Source: a virus
Length of the DNA: 64,000 bases
Strand: one strand, 5' to 3'
IMG/VR virus record: IMGVR_UViG_3300005537_000022
Location: 34,383-98,382 of that record
Shown: one piece after another, positions 19,327 to 28,603 of the stretch
How the letters are laid out: the number at the start of each line of letters is the position of its first letter
How positions within the stretch are numbered: the first letter of the stretch is position 1
Made by a program: the position numbers and the translations under genes
Notes under the pieces: model-generated
Told to the model about the DNA's origin: nothing
Databases searched by the model: none
Seen by the model: the letters and a program-made list of their open reading frames with translations, nothing else

Positions 19327-19613
19327 TCTGCCAGTACGCGGATGACGCGCTCACTGAATGCCTCGTCGTCCTCCGGCTTCGCGACGGCCAGCCCTTCCCC
19401 TATGACGACGAGCACGCGGAACGGGAGGCCCTGCGCGTCAAGGACCTGCTGGTAGCAGTCGGCCTGGCCGGGCGTCCAGTCCGTGACCCGGATGACCAGC
19501 GTCTCGCCCGGCTTCACGACGGCGTGCCCGGCGATCACCTCGATGATCCGGTCGCGGAGTGCTTCCTCGTCGATCTCGGGGACGAGTTTCACGTGCATGG
19601 CCGCGTCAGCCAT
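19236..19613 (-). CDS. Hypothetical protein
   Basis: VVKPGETLVIRV segment looks coding; start uncertain. Confidence 0.5.
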   Translation of the reverse strand: MADAAMHVKLVPEIDEEALRDRIIEVIAGHAVVKPGETLVIRVTDWTPGQADCYQQVLDAQGLPFRVLVVIGEGLAVAKPEDDEAFSERVIRVLADQARRAPGRPSRRAGNGPPGPYAFSAFRIS

Positions 19614-20058
19614 GACCCTCTCCCAGAGCGCCGATCTCGGCTGCGGCACGGGCCCGGACCCGCATCTCGCCGACGAGGAACGGGAACGTGGCCGTCCGGA
19701 ACCCGCCGCCGTCCGGCACCGGCTCGCCGAACAGCGGCTCGCCGTCCTCGTCCGTCAGCATGGTCAGGTCGGCGGTGACGAGCGCCTCGGCATTCGCGCG
19801 GATCGTGATGTCAGTGCAGGTCTTGATCTGCGCGCCCGACACGGCGTCGGTGACCGTCAGCAGGCAGCCGGCCATGACGTTGTACGGGCTGCCGGCGTTC
19901 ACCGGGGCCGGCCATTCGATGATGATCACGCCCCGGTACGGTGCGGCTTCCCGCTCCTGCCTCGCGCCCTCAGCGGGAACGCGCAGGACCGTCAGGCCCT
20001 CGGGCACCGCGAAGCCGCCGTCGCCGACGGGGCATGGGCTGTCGTCGCTCAAGCTGCG
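19606..20058 (-). CDS. Hypothetical protein
   Basis: 3' part of ORF 19606..20274 has protein-like composition; start uncertain. Confidence 0.5.
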   Translation of the reverse strand, partial: RSLSDDSPCPVGDGGFAVPEGLTVLRVPAEGARQEREAAPYRGVIIIEWPAPVNAGSPYNVMAGCLLTVTDAVSGAQIKTCTDITIRANAEALVTADLTMLTDEDGEPLFGEPVPDGGGFRTATFPFLVGEMRVRARAAAEIGALGEGHG

Positions 20059-20519
20059 CACTCCCCGGTAATCGTCACGCCGCCGCCGAATACCGCCGGC
20101 CGGCTTTTGGTTGCCGTCGCCCACGAGACAAGCCCCACCGCCTCGTCGGCTCGCTTTTCGTCGGCCACCGCCATGTACCGGGCGCGGCCGGCGTCCCCCT
20201 GGCAAGAGGCGAATGTCCAGATGCCGGCTTCCCACAGGAGCCTGGCGTCGGCATGGATTCCCAGGTCCACCCACGCGACGCGACCGCCGGCTATCAGCAG
20301 TTCCTGCCGGTGGCGGGCCCCCGCCCAGAGGTACCCGGCCCCGCGCTTATGGGCCGCGCCCCCAGGGCAGTCGCACTGGACGAAGCCGGAGTGGAGCCCG
20401 GCCCAGGGCGTCGGGTACATCAGCGCCCCGTAGCACTTAACGCACCCGGCGTTGAGAACACGGGGCATCAGGCGCTCGTTCACGCCTGCTCGCCGCGTTC
20501 GCCAGGGATGATGGCCGGC

Positions 20520-20852
20520 ATGACCCCTTCCGAGTACGTCCACCCCGAGTCCGGCCGCCTCTACCGGGAGGGCGACCCCGCGCACCATTTCGCCCTGCTC
20601 GCCGCAGGGCTCGCAAGGGAATGCGAGACATTCCTCCGCCACTACAACGAGCGGCTCAAGAACGCGGACTACCTGGCCCAGTACCATGAATGGCCGTCCG
20701 ATCCCGGCAGCATCGCACGGTCCATGGCTCACACCATCGAGGCGCTCGACAAGGCGTACACGGCCATCACGGTCGACCGGGACCTGCACCTGTTCGGGCT
20801 CGGGAGGCAGGACGAGGAGTGGCACCGCAAGTACGGGAGACTTGAGGAGTGA
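20520..20852 (+). CDS. Hypothetical protein (antisense insert)
   Basis: GATGAT-7nt-ATG start; MTPSEYVHPESG. Confidence 0.6.
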   Translation: MTPSEYVHPESGRLYREGDPAHHFALLAAGLARECETFLRHYNERLKNADYLAQYHEWPSDPGSIARSMAHTIEALDKAYTAITVDRDLHLFGLGRQDEEWHRKYGRLEE

Positions 20853-21169
20853 CTGATCCCCAGGCGGCGGGCGTGTACGGGCCGCCACGCCGGCCAGAGC
20901 TCAACCGGCGGTTCCCCGCCTGCGCCTGGATCGCCCGCAGGCTCCTGGCCGAGGTGTACGGCTGCCAGCCCGGGGACCTGATTCCCGGCGAAGACGAGCT
21001 GCTCGCGCACGCCCGCACGGTCATCGCGGCCGAGAAGGAAGCGGAGCGGACGCGACGCGGCCTTTTCAGGGTTGTCGGCGGCAAAGCGCAGTACGCGGTC
21101 GCCATGGTGCAGGAAATCGGCGGCATCTTCGACCGGGCCGATGCCGACGAAAAGGGCAGCGGGGAGTGA
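20849..21169 (+). CDS. Hypothetical protein
   Basis: Coupled to upstream gene. Confidence 0.55.
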   Translation: MTDPQAAGVYGPPRRPELNRRFPACAWIARRLLAEVYGCQPGDLIPGEDELLAHARTVIAAEKEAERTRRGLFRVVGGKAQYAVAMVQEIGGIFDRADADEKGSGE

Positions 21170-21173
21170 GCAC

Positions 21174-21422
21174 GTGAACGAGGCCGCCGGCGAGACGCCG
21201 GGCGGCGATGAGACCGTCTTCGGCGTCCCTCTGCTGGCCCTGGTGCGCAGCTTCCGGAGCGACCCGCTCGCCGCGAAGGCGTTCCTCGCCGCCGAGGGCT
21301 ACCTGCTGGCCGTCGAGCGGCTGAAGACGGACCCCGGCGTGACCCTGGAGGAGGCCGCCGCGCTCAAGGCCGGCATCCACGGCACCGCCGGGGACCCTGG
21401 GCACGCGCCGCATCCGGGATAA
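21174..21422 (+). CDS. Hypothetical protein
   Basis: GGGGAG RBS, GTG start. Confidence 0.5.
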   Translation: MNEAAGETPGGDETVFGVPLLALVRSFRSDPLAAKAFLAAEGYLLAVERLKTDPGVTLEEAAALKAGIHGTAGDPGHAPHPG

Positions 21423-21430
21423 TCGCAGGC

Positions 21431-21931
21431 ATGACCGACAGTCCCGCAGAGATCCCCGCCGCCTTCAGCGGGCGGGTGAACGGCTCCCTGACTTCCGCGC
21501 AGCAGACCGCCGAGAACACGGCCCGGATCGCCGCCCTGGTCGCCCAGATCCCCCAGGCGATCGGGATGATGCTCGCCCAGGTGGCCCGCGCCATACCCTC
21601 GGGCCACCTGTGCGCCACGTGCCTGGCGAACAGGATCGCCTGGGAAGTGGCGAACCGTTCCCACGTCGAGGCGGCTATCGCCGGCGCGCGGGCGGCGCAC
21701 GGGCTCGCTGAAGGGGACCCGGTGCCGCCGGGGTTCGACCCGGCCCCGTTCCTGCCGGCGGACCTGCGGCCCGGCGCGGTGCGCGGCATGCCGCCGCTCA
21801 CGGCCGCCATCACCACGGTCGCCGGGACCGACACCTGCTCCGAGCACATTCCCGGCCGGGCCGGGGGCCGGACGCTGCTGGTCGCCTCCGGGGCGCTGTC
21901 CCCGTCGGGGATGGCGCGCTTCGGCACCTAG
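21431..21931 (+). CDS. Hypothetical protein with CxxC...CxxH
   Basis: GATAAT-7nt-ATG start; converges on MuF stop. Confidence 0.6.
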   Translation: MTDSPAEIPAAFSGRVNGSLTSAQQTAENTARIAALVAQIPQAIGMMLAQVARAIPSGHLCATCLANRIAWEVANRSHVEAAIAGARAAHGLAEGDPVPPGFDPAPFLPADLRPGAVRGMPPLTAAITTVAGTDTCSEHIPGRAGGRTLLVASGALSPSGMARFGT

Positions 21932-22734
21932 GCCGGGACTATCGCGCACCGGCAGCCGCCCGGGTGGGCCGGCGGGCACAGGTCGCCCGAAGGCCACTCG
22001 ATCCCGGCGGGACGGGGATCGGCGGCGGCATTGTCCAGGCACGCCTTGCAGGTCCGGGAGTCCTGTACGGCGGCCCACCGGAGCAGTCCCGCGCCGTTCG
22101 CCTGGTACCACTCCAGCGCGGCCAGGCCGCCCGCGACCGTGATCTGGGTGACGGCCAGCCCCTCGGCGTAAGCCCCGTCCGCCACGGCGGTCTCCAGCAT
22201 GCCCGCGAGCTCGGACGCGGCCGTGTCCGGATCCCAGCCGGCGAGCACGCGGGAGACTACGTTCAGGTAGCCGTCCCCGATCGCCTGGGCGATGCCCGGC
22301 CCTTCCCCGCCGCCGGAGCCGCCGGCGAGCGAGGCGAGCAGCGCGGCCAGGCCGAGCGCCTCCGCCAGCCGCCTCGCCTTCGCCGTGTCTCCCGGGGTCC
22401 AGCCGGCCGTGTCCGCGTCGGCGCTGCCCGCCATCGCGGCCTGCGCCGACGTCCCGCCGATCGCCAGGGCGTCGGCGGCGATCCGCTCGGCCAGGTCCCC
22501 GGCCGGGACCGTGATCCCCTGCGACCGCAGCCAGGCGAGAGCCGCCGCGTTCCGCTCCCGCTTGCCGGGCGCGCTGCCGTCCTGATCCGGGTGGCCGGCC
22601 GTGTACGCGGAGGCGATGGCGTCCAGTTTCCCGCGCGAGAGCGCCTGCCGCGCCGCGGCGGTGACCTTCGGGGCCCACCAGGCGGCGGCGGCCAGGTCTA
22701 GCTTCCAGCCCGGCCAGTCACCAGGGCTTTTGGG
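21928..22734 (-). CDS. MuF-like minor head protein domain (probably translated as a frameshift fusion to portal)
   Basis: W.AVQDSRTC..C...PPAHPGGCRCAIVP C-terminus; no own start/RBS; frame entered at CCCAAAA. Confidence 0.85.
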   Translation of the reverse strand, partial: PKSPGDWPGWKLDLAAAAWWAPKVTAAARQALSRGKLDAIASAYTAGHPDQDGSAPGKRERNAAALAWLRSQGITVPAGDLAERIAADALAIGGTSAQAAMAGSADADTAGWTPGDTAKARRLAEALGLAALLASLAGGSGGGEGPGIAQAIGDGYLNVVSRVLAGWDPDTAASELAGMLETAVADGAYAEGLAVTQITVAGGLAALEWYQANGAGLLRWAAVQDSRTCKACLDNAAADPRPAGIEWPSGDLCPPAHPGGCRCAIVPA

Positions 22735-25061
22735 ACGGGCATCGCCGCCTTCACCGCGACGGTCTCTTCCGGCTCGCAGCCCAGCAGCGGCAGCACGTCG
22801 CCGAGGGAGGCGGCCAGCTCTTCCCGCAGCATCGGGTTGCCGGGCAGGTCGCACGGGTCAGCCCACATGATCGCCTCGACGGCGTCGCCGTCCGGGTCGT
22901 CCGGGTTCGGCACCACGGCACCGCCGCGGACGGGGACCGCGGCCTCGGACTCGGTCGTCCACACGATGCCCCGGTAGATGCCGTCCCCGGCCGTCCACTC
23001 GCCCGTCACCGAGCCGGGAGGGGGAACGGCCCCGGTTTCCTCTGCCCATTCGCGCCATGCGGCGCGCAGCGGGGACTCATCGCCCTCGACGTGCCCGCCG
23101 GGGAACTCGATCTTGCCTCCGGCCGGGTCGCCGGGGTCGAGCGCCCGCTGGATCATCAGGACGCGGCCGGTGTCGGCGGCGAGGACCGCGAGGCCCGCGA
23201 CCGCGACCTCGCCCGCGGCCTTGCGGACCGCGAGCCTTCCGTCGTCGTTGAGGTTGTGCGCCCAGACCCCTGGCACCGAGCGGAACTCGAAGTCCCGCCA
23301 CTCGCCATCCTTGCGGCGGGCCTTCGCGAACCGGCGGAATGCCCGCATCTCCTTGAGGACGGCCGTGCTGCGGACCGCATCCGCGTCCTCGTCATCGTCG
23401 TCATCGCCGGCGAGGTCGTAGGAGTAGATCCCCGTCTCCGCGGTGATCCCCGCGGAGGCGTTCCCGGCCGGGGCCGCGCCCTCGCCTTCCTTGGCGACGG
23501 GCTGGCCGGGCCCGGCCTCGTCGGCCGGCGTCATCTTCGGCTGCGGGGGCGGCGCCGGTGGCATCGCGGACTCGCCGAACTCCCGCTCGGCCAGCGACAT
23601 GACCTTGATCGGCGGGTTCGGCAGGACGCCCTCCGTGCCGCCGAAGACCGTCCGCGGCAGCTCCGCGCCTTCCTCGGGCAGCCCGTCCGCCGGGTCGACG
23701 TCGCCCGCGACGGCCAGCAGCGAGGAAACCGGGATGGGCCCGGCTCTCTCCGTGTAGATGAACCGGGGGATCGGCCGGGCGTCGGTCAGCCCGTAGCGCA
23801 TCTCGCGGATCTCGGACGGGCCGATGACGCCCATCTTCATGTACTTGTCGTCGGCGTTCGCCTGGTCTACGCGGTCGTCCTGCTCCTCGCCGAGGTCGAA
23901 CGCGAACTTGAGCGGAAGCTGCATGTCGTCTTGCAGGAAAGCGGTCAGGATGTCCTGCACGTGGTGGGCGAGCGGGAGGTCGCCGACGCGGTGCTGCACG
24001 TCGGCCTGCGACTCGCCGCTGCTGCGGTTCACGCTCTCGGTGAACCCGAGGTCGCTGGGGACCACGGAGTAGGCGGCGCACGTCTTGCGCATCAGGAACA
24101 AGCTGAACTTGTCGTCGAAGTCCTTCTCGCTGCTCCACGCGAACGACGAGCCGCCCGGGATCCACCGGATCTGGTGCTTGCCCTCCTGGTTGCCCAGCAT
24201 GAAGCCGTCCCAGTATTCCTGGAACTGCTCGATCTGCTCCGGGGTCCAGCTTTCGGGGGCGCCCGCGAAGGCGGCGGGCAGGTTCCCGGCGGTGAACCGC
24301 TGGAGGAAGTAGAGCTGGAACCGGATGTCGGTGTTGGCGTTGAGGAGGATGTCCTCCAGCGGCGCCCGGCCGTAAGCCGAGTCGTCCTGCGGGTCGTACG
24401 GCTCGTAGATCAGGTCGTCGCGGGTCAGCCAGTCCCAGGCCAGCCCGTTGACGTACTGGACGTAGGCGGGGGCGGGAGAGTCCGGGGGGTCGCCCCAGTA
24501 GTCGAGCAGCGGCGCGATCGTGGTGCCGTCGACGACCCTCAGGCCGACGCACCGGCCGGCCCGGTTCCGCATCCGGGCCAGGGTGCCGGCGTCGTAGGAC
24601 AGTACGCCCCTCATCCACTTGGCCAGCCACGGCTTGAACAGGGTCTTGCGGTCCGGCCGCTTCAGCGCGCGCATCCCGGCGGCGATGTCATCGGCGACGT
24701 CGCCGTCGTGGCCGTCGGCGGCGACGAGCTTCCAGTCCAGGCTGCGGAGGCTGGCGATCCTGTGGCGGATGCAGAGCTGGGCTACGTCGTAGGAGCCGAT
24801 CAGGCCCTTGAGCGTCTCGAAGCTGACCCGTTCGTGGGTGCGCGGCCGGGTGGCCACGTTGTACTGCGGGACGTACTCCTTGGACCGCGGGGTGCGGGAG
24901 AACCCGTCGTACGGCGCGATCGGCTCGCCTGGCGAGAACGGGGACGACGGGCCCATCTGGGCGCGTTCCTCGGCTGCCTCGATCGCGGGCGGGACGGAGC
25001 TGCCGAAGACCTTCGCGACAGGCACCGGCGCGGCGGCGGCGGCGCGGGAACGGACGCTCAT
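22698..25061 (-). CDS. Portal protein with C-terminal NUDIX hydrolase domain
   Basis: VDGTTI, YGRAPLE, YSVVPSDLG portal motifs; intact Nudix box GHVEGDESPLRAAWREWAEETG. Confidence 0.92.
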   Translation of the reverse strand: MSVRSRAAAAAPVPVAKVFGSSVPPAIEAAEERAQMGPSSPFSPGEPIAPYDGFSRTPRSKEYVPQYNVATRPRTHERVSFETLKGLIGSYDVAQLCIRHRIASLRSLDWKLVAADGHDGDVADDIAAGMRALKRPDRKTLFKPWLAKWMRGVLSYDAGTLARMRNRAGRCVGLRVVDGTTIAPLLDYWGDPPDSPAPAYVQYVNGLAWDWLTRDDLIYEPYDPQDDSAYGRAPLEDILLNANTDIRFQLYFLQRFTAGNLPAAFAGAPESWTPEQIEQFQEYWDGFMLGNQEGKHQIRWIPGGSSFAWSSEKDFDDKFSLFLMRKTCAAYSVVPSDLGFTESVNRSSGESQADVQHRVGDLPLAHHVQDILTAFLQDDMQLPLKFAFDLGEEQDDRVDQANADDKYMKMGVIGPSEIREMRYGLTDARPIPRFIYTERAGPIPVSSLLAVAGDVDPADGLPEEGAELPRTVFGGTEGVLPNPPIKVMSLAEREFGESAMPPAPPPQPKMTPADEAGPGQPVAKEGEGAAPAGNASAGITAETGIYSYDLAGDDDDDEDADAVRSTAVLKEMRAFRRFAKARRKDGEWRDFEFRSVPGVWAHNLNDDGRLAVRKAAGEVAVAGLAVLAADTGRVLMIQRALDPGDPAGGKIEFPGGHVEGDESPLRAAWREWAEETGAVPPPGSVTGEWTAGDGIYRGIVWTTESEAAVPVRGGAVVPNPDDPDGDAVEAIMWADPCDLPGNPMLREELAASLGDVLPLLGCEPEETVAVKAAMPVPKALVTGRAGS

Positions 25062-25116
25062 CCGGCCGACCCCCCGCGTGCCGCGTGGCGGCGGTAGGCG
25101 TTGCCGTTCGCGCCCG

Positions 25117-25377
25117 TCACCCTGGCGGAGGCGTCCAGCCGAGCGAGACCAGCGCGTCCCGTGTCGCGTCGGTGACCTGCACCCGCGCGCCGGGGCCGAG
25201 CAGGAGCTTCAGCGCCCCCTGGTCGACCAGGCCGAGGGTGACCACGGGCACCCCGTCAGAGGCCGCGGCGACCGACCAGGAGGAGACGGACGAGAGGGGG
25301 TGGCCGTTGACCTTGACGGCGCCCGTGAACGGCCACTGCCCGTCGACCTCGAACACCGGGGGCTGGTCGTCAGCCAA
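25117..25377 (-). CDS. Hypothetical protein
   Basis: Between TerL and portal, co-oriented. Confidence 0.55.
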   Translation of the reverse strand: MADDQPPVFEVDGQWPFTGAVKVNGHPLSSVSSWSVAAASDGVPVVTLGLVDQGALKLLLGPGARVQVTDATRDALVSLGWTPPPG

Positions 25378-25768
25378 GTCGCGCTCCAGTCATGTCGTGG
25401 CGGACCATCCCGGTGGCCGCGTCCCAGGGCGCCCCGTCCCGCGAGATCACCGCAGGCGTCAGCGGCTCCGGGGCGCGGCCGGTCCGCTCGTAGAAGTCCT
25501 GCTCGGCCCCGGCCAGCAGGCCGATGTCGCGCCGTGCCTCGTCCCGCGCGGCGCCCTCGGACGGCTGCGGGAGCCCCGCCGGGCAGATGACCCGGCCGTC
25601 GGAAGCCAGGCGGAGCGGGTAGAACCAGTCCTCCCCGGCCCAGGGCTCAAGCGGGGGCGGCAGGCCGGAGCCGCGGACGACTGCCCAGCGGCAGCCGAAC
25701 AGGGTAGCGGGACGCTGTTCGGGGACCGTGCGGGCGAGGGTGACGGGGCCGGGGTCGACGGAGGGCAC
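25370..25768 (-). CDS. Hypothetical protein
   Basis: GAGGAGG RBS; co-oriented. Confidence 0.5.
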   Translation of the reverse strand: MPSVDPGPVTLARTVPEQRPATLFGCRWAVVRGSGLPPPLEPWAGEDWFYPLRLASDGRVICPAGLPQPSEGAARDEARRDIGLLAGAEQDFYERTGRAPEPLTPAVISRDGAPWDAATGMVRHDMTGARLG

Positions 25769-25790
25769 AGGCGGTCGCCTCCTCGCCTGT

Positions 25791-27455
25791 CTACCGGCCT
25801 GTCATGCGCGCCCGCATCGCCGCGTCCCTCGCCAGCTTCCTCGCGGTCACCGGGTCGGGAGGGACTGGCGGTTCGGGTTCCGGGGCGTCCTCGGGGGCCG
25901 GGGCGCGGCGCGGGGACGGCGCGGGGTTCCCGGCTTCGGCCTCCGCGAGTTCGGCTTTTCTTTTCGCCCAGTTAATCCAGGCTTCAGCACCGCCGCCGAC
26001 ATTCAATAGCCAGTACCTCAATGCGTCCATGAGGTGGTCGGGGGCGCTGGAGTTCGCATCTTCAGGGTCGCCCCGGGTCGCGTGCGGGAGATTGGATAGT
26101 TCCCACCACGTCTTCGGCAGCGTCCGGAAGAAATGGATCATCGGGCAGGTTTCCCAGCCCATCCCCCGGTGCATCAGGCAGGCAGGGCCTTCGGCGAGGT
26201 AGGAGTGGACGCGCTGCCACCCCGAGACCCTCGATCCCGGACCCTTGCCCGCAGGCGTCAGGTGGACGCCGTTGTCCGAGTAAATCCGGGAGATCGCCTT
26301 GGCATCGCCCCTGGTGGCAAACATCGCGTCGTCGCCGTACCGCGCCGCGATGTGCTCGGCCTCGCCCTCGGACGCGAGGATGCGCTTCGCCTGCTCCGCT
26401 TCGCCGACCTGGGTCTCGTAGATCTCGCGGTAAGCCCAGCATCTGCCGTCCTCGTCGACCGCGCCCCACAGCACAGCCCACGGTGCCGTGTAGCCCCAGT
26501 CAACCGAGCAGTACCGGCGCCACGAGGCGGGGAGCGTGAACGGGTCGACAGAGTGCCGGTCCCAGCGGAGCTCGGGGAACATCTGCCCGGCGAACTGGCC
26601 CCAGTCGCCGTCTCGCATCGCCGCGCGACGGGCCGGGTCGGGGATGGCGTCCAGGCGGCGGAAGTACGCCTCGTCCAGGTGGGGGTTGTCGGTGGCCTTC
26701 GCGGGGATGAACCGCACCGTGAGGCCGTGGTCGTCAGTGACGACCTTGCGCCCGTGCTCCGTCGGGTCGATGTACCGGGCGCGGACCTCGCCGTGACCGG
26801 GGCCGCCCGGGTTGGACGTCGACCGGATGCCGATCACCGGGACGCCGTGCGCCGACCGGAGCCGCTCAAGCGCGATCACGTCAACGATCCCCGGGGCGAG
26901 CAGCGTGCGCTCGTCGACGAACACGAGCTGGTACGCGCCGCCCTGGCGCCGGGACGCGTCGTCGAGCGTCTCCATGTAGCGCAGCCGGATCAGCGAACGG
27001 TTCGGGAAGGCGACTTCCTTCTCCGTCTTGTTCAGCCTGCCGCCGAGGGCCTCGCCCCAAGCGAACCGCTGGAACTCCGGGTAGATCGACTCCGCGAGCT
27101 CGTCATAGGAGCGGCGCAGGATCAGGACGCGGATTCCGGGGTACCGGGCACAGGCCCGCAGTGCCTCGGCGACGATCGCGGCCGTCTTGCCGCCGCCCGC
27201 CGATCCGCCGTACAGGACGTCGTCCTCGGTCGCCGCATGGAACTGCTCTTGCGGGCACTGGCCGCAGGGCTCGGGAACAATCGCGTCGCCCCGCTTGCGG
27301 GCCGCCTGGCGCGGCAGGCAGATCGGCTCGTAGCCCAGCACCTTGAAGGCGTCTACATTGCGGAGCCGCTCTTCGTCGGCCGCGCGCTTGCGCTCGCGGA
27401 GCTCGGCGAGACGGCGGAGGGTGTCAGGCGACGCCAGGACGAGGGGTGCCGGCAT
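25791..27455 (-). CDS. terL: Terminase large subunit
   Basis: Walker A YGGSAGGGKT, Walker B VFVDE, TSNPGG, DNPHL, nuclease DWGY and DHLMDALRY. Confidence 0.96.
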   Translation of the reverse strand: MPAPLVLASPDTLRRLAELRERKRAADEERLRNVDAFKVLGYEPICLPRQAARKRGDAIVPEPCGQCPQEQFHAATEDDVLYGGSAGGGKTAAIVAEALRACARYPGIRVLILRRSYDELAESIYPEFQRFAWGEALGGRLNKTEKEVAFPNRSLIRLRYMETLDDASRRQGGAYQLVFVDERTLLAPGIVDVIALERLRSAHGVPVIGIRSTSNPGGPGHGEVRARYIDPTEHGRKVVTDDHGLTVRFIPAKATDNPHLDEAYFRRLDAIPDPARRAAMRDGDWGQFAGQMFPELRWDRHSVDPFTLPASWRRYCSVDWGYTAPWAVLWGAVDEDGRCWAYREIYETQVGEAEQAKRILASEGEAEHIAARYGDDAMFATRGDAKAISRIYSDNGVHLTPAGKGPGSRVSGWQRVHSYLAEGPACLMHRGMGWETCPMIHFFRTLPKTWWELSNLPHATRGDPEDANSSAPDHLMDALRYWLLNVGGGAEAWINWAKRKAELAEAEAGNPAPSPRRAPAPEDAPEPEPPVPPDPVTARKLARDAAMRARMTGR

Positions 27456-28017
27456 CCGCCTCTCCGAGTTCGGCCGCCAGCCGGGCTATCTCGGCGTTCA
27501 CCACGTCATCGGTGATGACCTCGATGCGCGACTGGGACGGCGCGTCGTAGCCGATCATCTTCGCGCGGCGCTCGACGAGGGCACGGATCTCGCGGATCGC
27601 CGCGACGGCCGGGGCGTCGTCCATGACGTCTTCGTACAGCGGGAGGGGTGCCCCGTCGCCGTCACGCAGAACCTCGCCAGTCTCGGGATCCCGCTGCCAG
27701 CCGATCTGCTTGCCGACCACATGCCCCTGGGAAACGGTGACGTGCGGGCGGAGCATGATGTCCCATGCCTGCTCGATGAGGCGGTCGATCCGTTCGAGGT
27801 CAAGCTGCTTGGCCTGCTTGACGTCCTCGGAGGGGATGTCGGCGTAGGCGCGCATGACCGCGTCGTGGGCCTTGCCCTTGGAGGCGAAGCCGAGCTTGTC
27901 GGCGATGCGCTGGAAGCTGTAGCCGCGGGCGCGGAGGGCGGCGGCCTCGGCGTCGCGCTTCACGCTGCTGGCGGTGCGGGCGAAGCGGCCGTTGCCGCCC
28001 CGGGTTCCCGTGGTCAT
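27424..28017 (-). CDS. terS: Terminase small subunit
   Basis: HTH (LRARGYSFQRIADKLG), ERRAKMIGYDAP; overlaps terL start. Confidence 0.85.
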   Translation of the reverse strand: MTTGTRGGNGRFARTASSVKRDAEAAALRARGYSFQRIADKLGFASKGKAHDAVMRAYADIPSEDVKQAKQLDLERIDRLIEQAWDIMLRPHVTVSQGHVVGKQIGWQRDPETGEVLRDGDGAPLPLYEDVMDDAPAVAAIREIRALVERRAKMIGYDAPSQSRIEVITDDVVNAEIARLAAELGEADAGTPRPGVA

Positions 28018-28230
28018 GGGTTCCTCCCGTCGCCAGTGCTCAAGATCGCGCCCGGGACCCGGCGCCGCACGGGGCTGCCGCCGTCTTGCGCGTGATTGCC
28101 CGCGCCAGCTTCTGCGCGTGGCGGGCGGCGGAGAGCGCGTCCGGGTGGCCTGCCGTGCAGCAGGGGAAGGACTGCCCCTCGAACGGGATGATGGCGCGGT
28201 GGATGCCGTTGTCGTTTTCGACGGTGACGG

Positions 28231-28485
28231 TCACGCGGCGGCGGTCGCCGGCCGGGGTACGGCCCGGCGTGCCCGGTACTTCGTCGCGTGGTCGGCCTTG
28301 GCGACCTCGACGGGGTCGAGCAGCACGGTCCTGCCCTCGCGCGCGGCGACCGGGAGCTTCTTCTTGGCGGCTCGCGGCCCGTAGCCGCGGCTGATCCACT
28401 GGGAGATCGTGTCCGGGGTGACGCCGCACAGCCGGGCCGCGGTGTCCCTGTCGATCAGGCCGTCGTCGCGGGTGATGGCCAGCAT
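28231..28485 (-). CDS. HTH DNA-binding protein
   Basis: AARLCGVTPDTISQWISRG; GGAGGTG RBS. Confidence 0.75.
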   Translation of the reverse strand: MLAITRDDGLIDRDTAARLCGVTPDTISQWISRGYGPRAAKKKLPVAAREGRTVLLDPVEVAKADHATKYRARRAVPRPATAAA

Positions 28486-28603
28486 CCGGGGCACCTCCCG
28501 GGAACTGGAAAGGCCCCGGGCCTGGCCGAAGCCTGATCCGGGGCACACGTCTCCTGGGCCTGATACTGACATGTCAGGAACGGGAGCGCAATCCGGCGCG
28601 CGG

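Noticed and set aside
25950-26110. AT-richer codons near the terL 3' end as an intron or bypass scar
   Set aside because: The frame is intact, with no in-frame TTA and no recognisable structure; cannot support more than local mosaicism.
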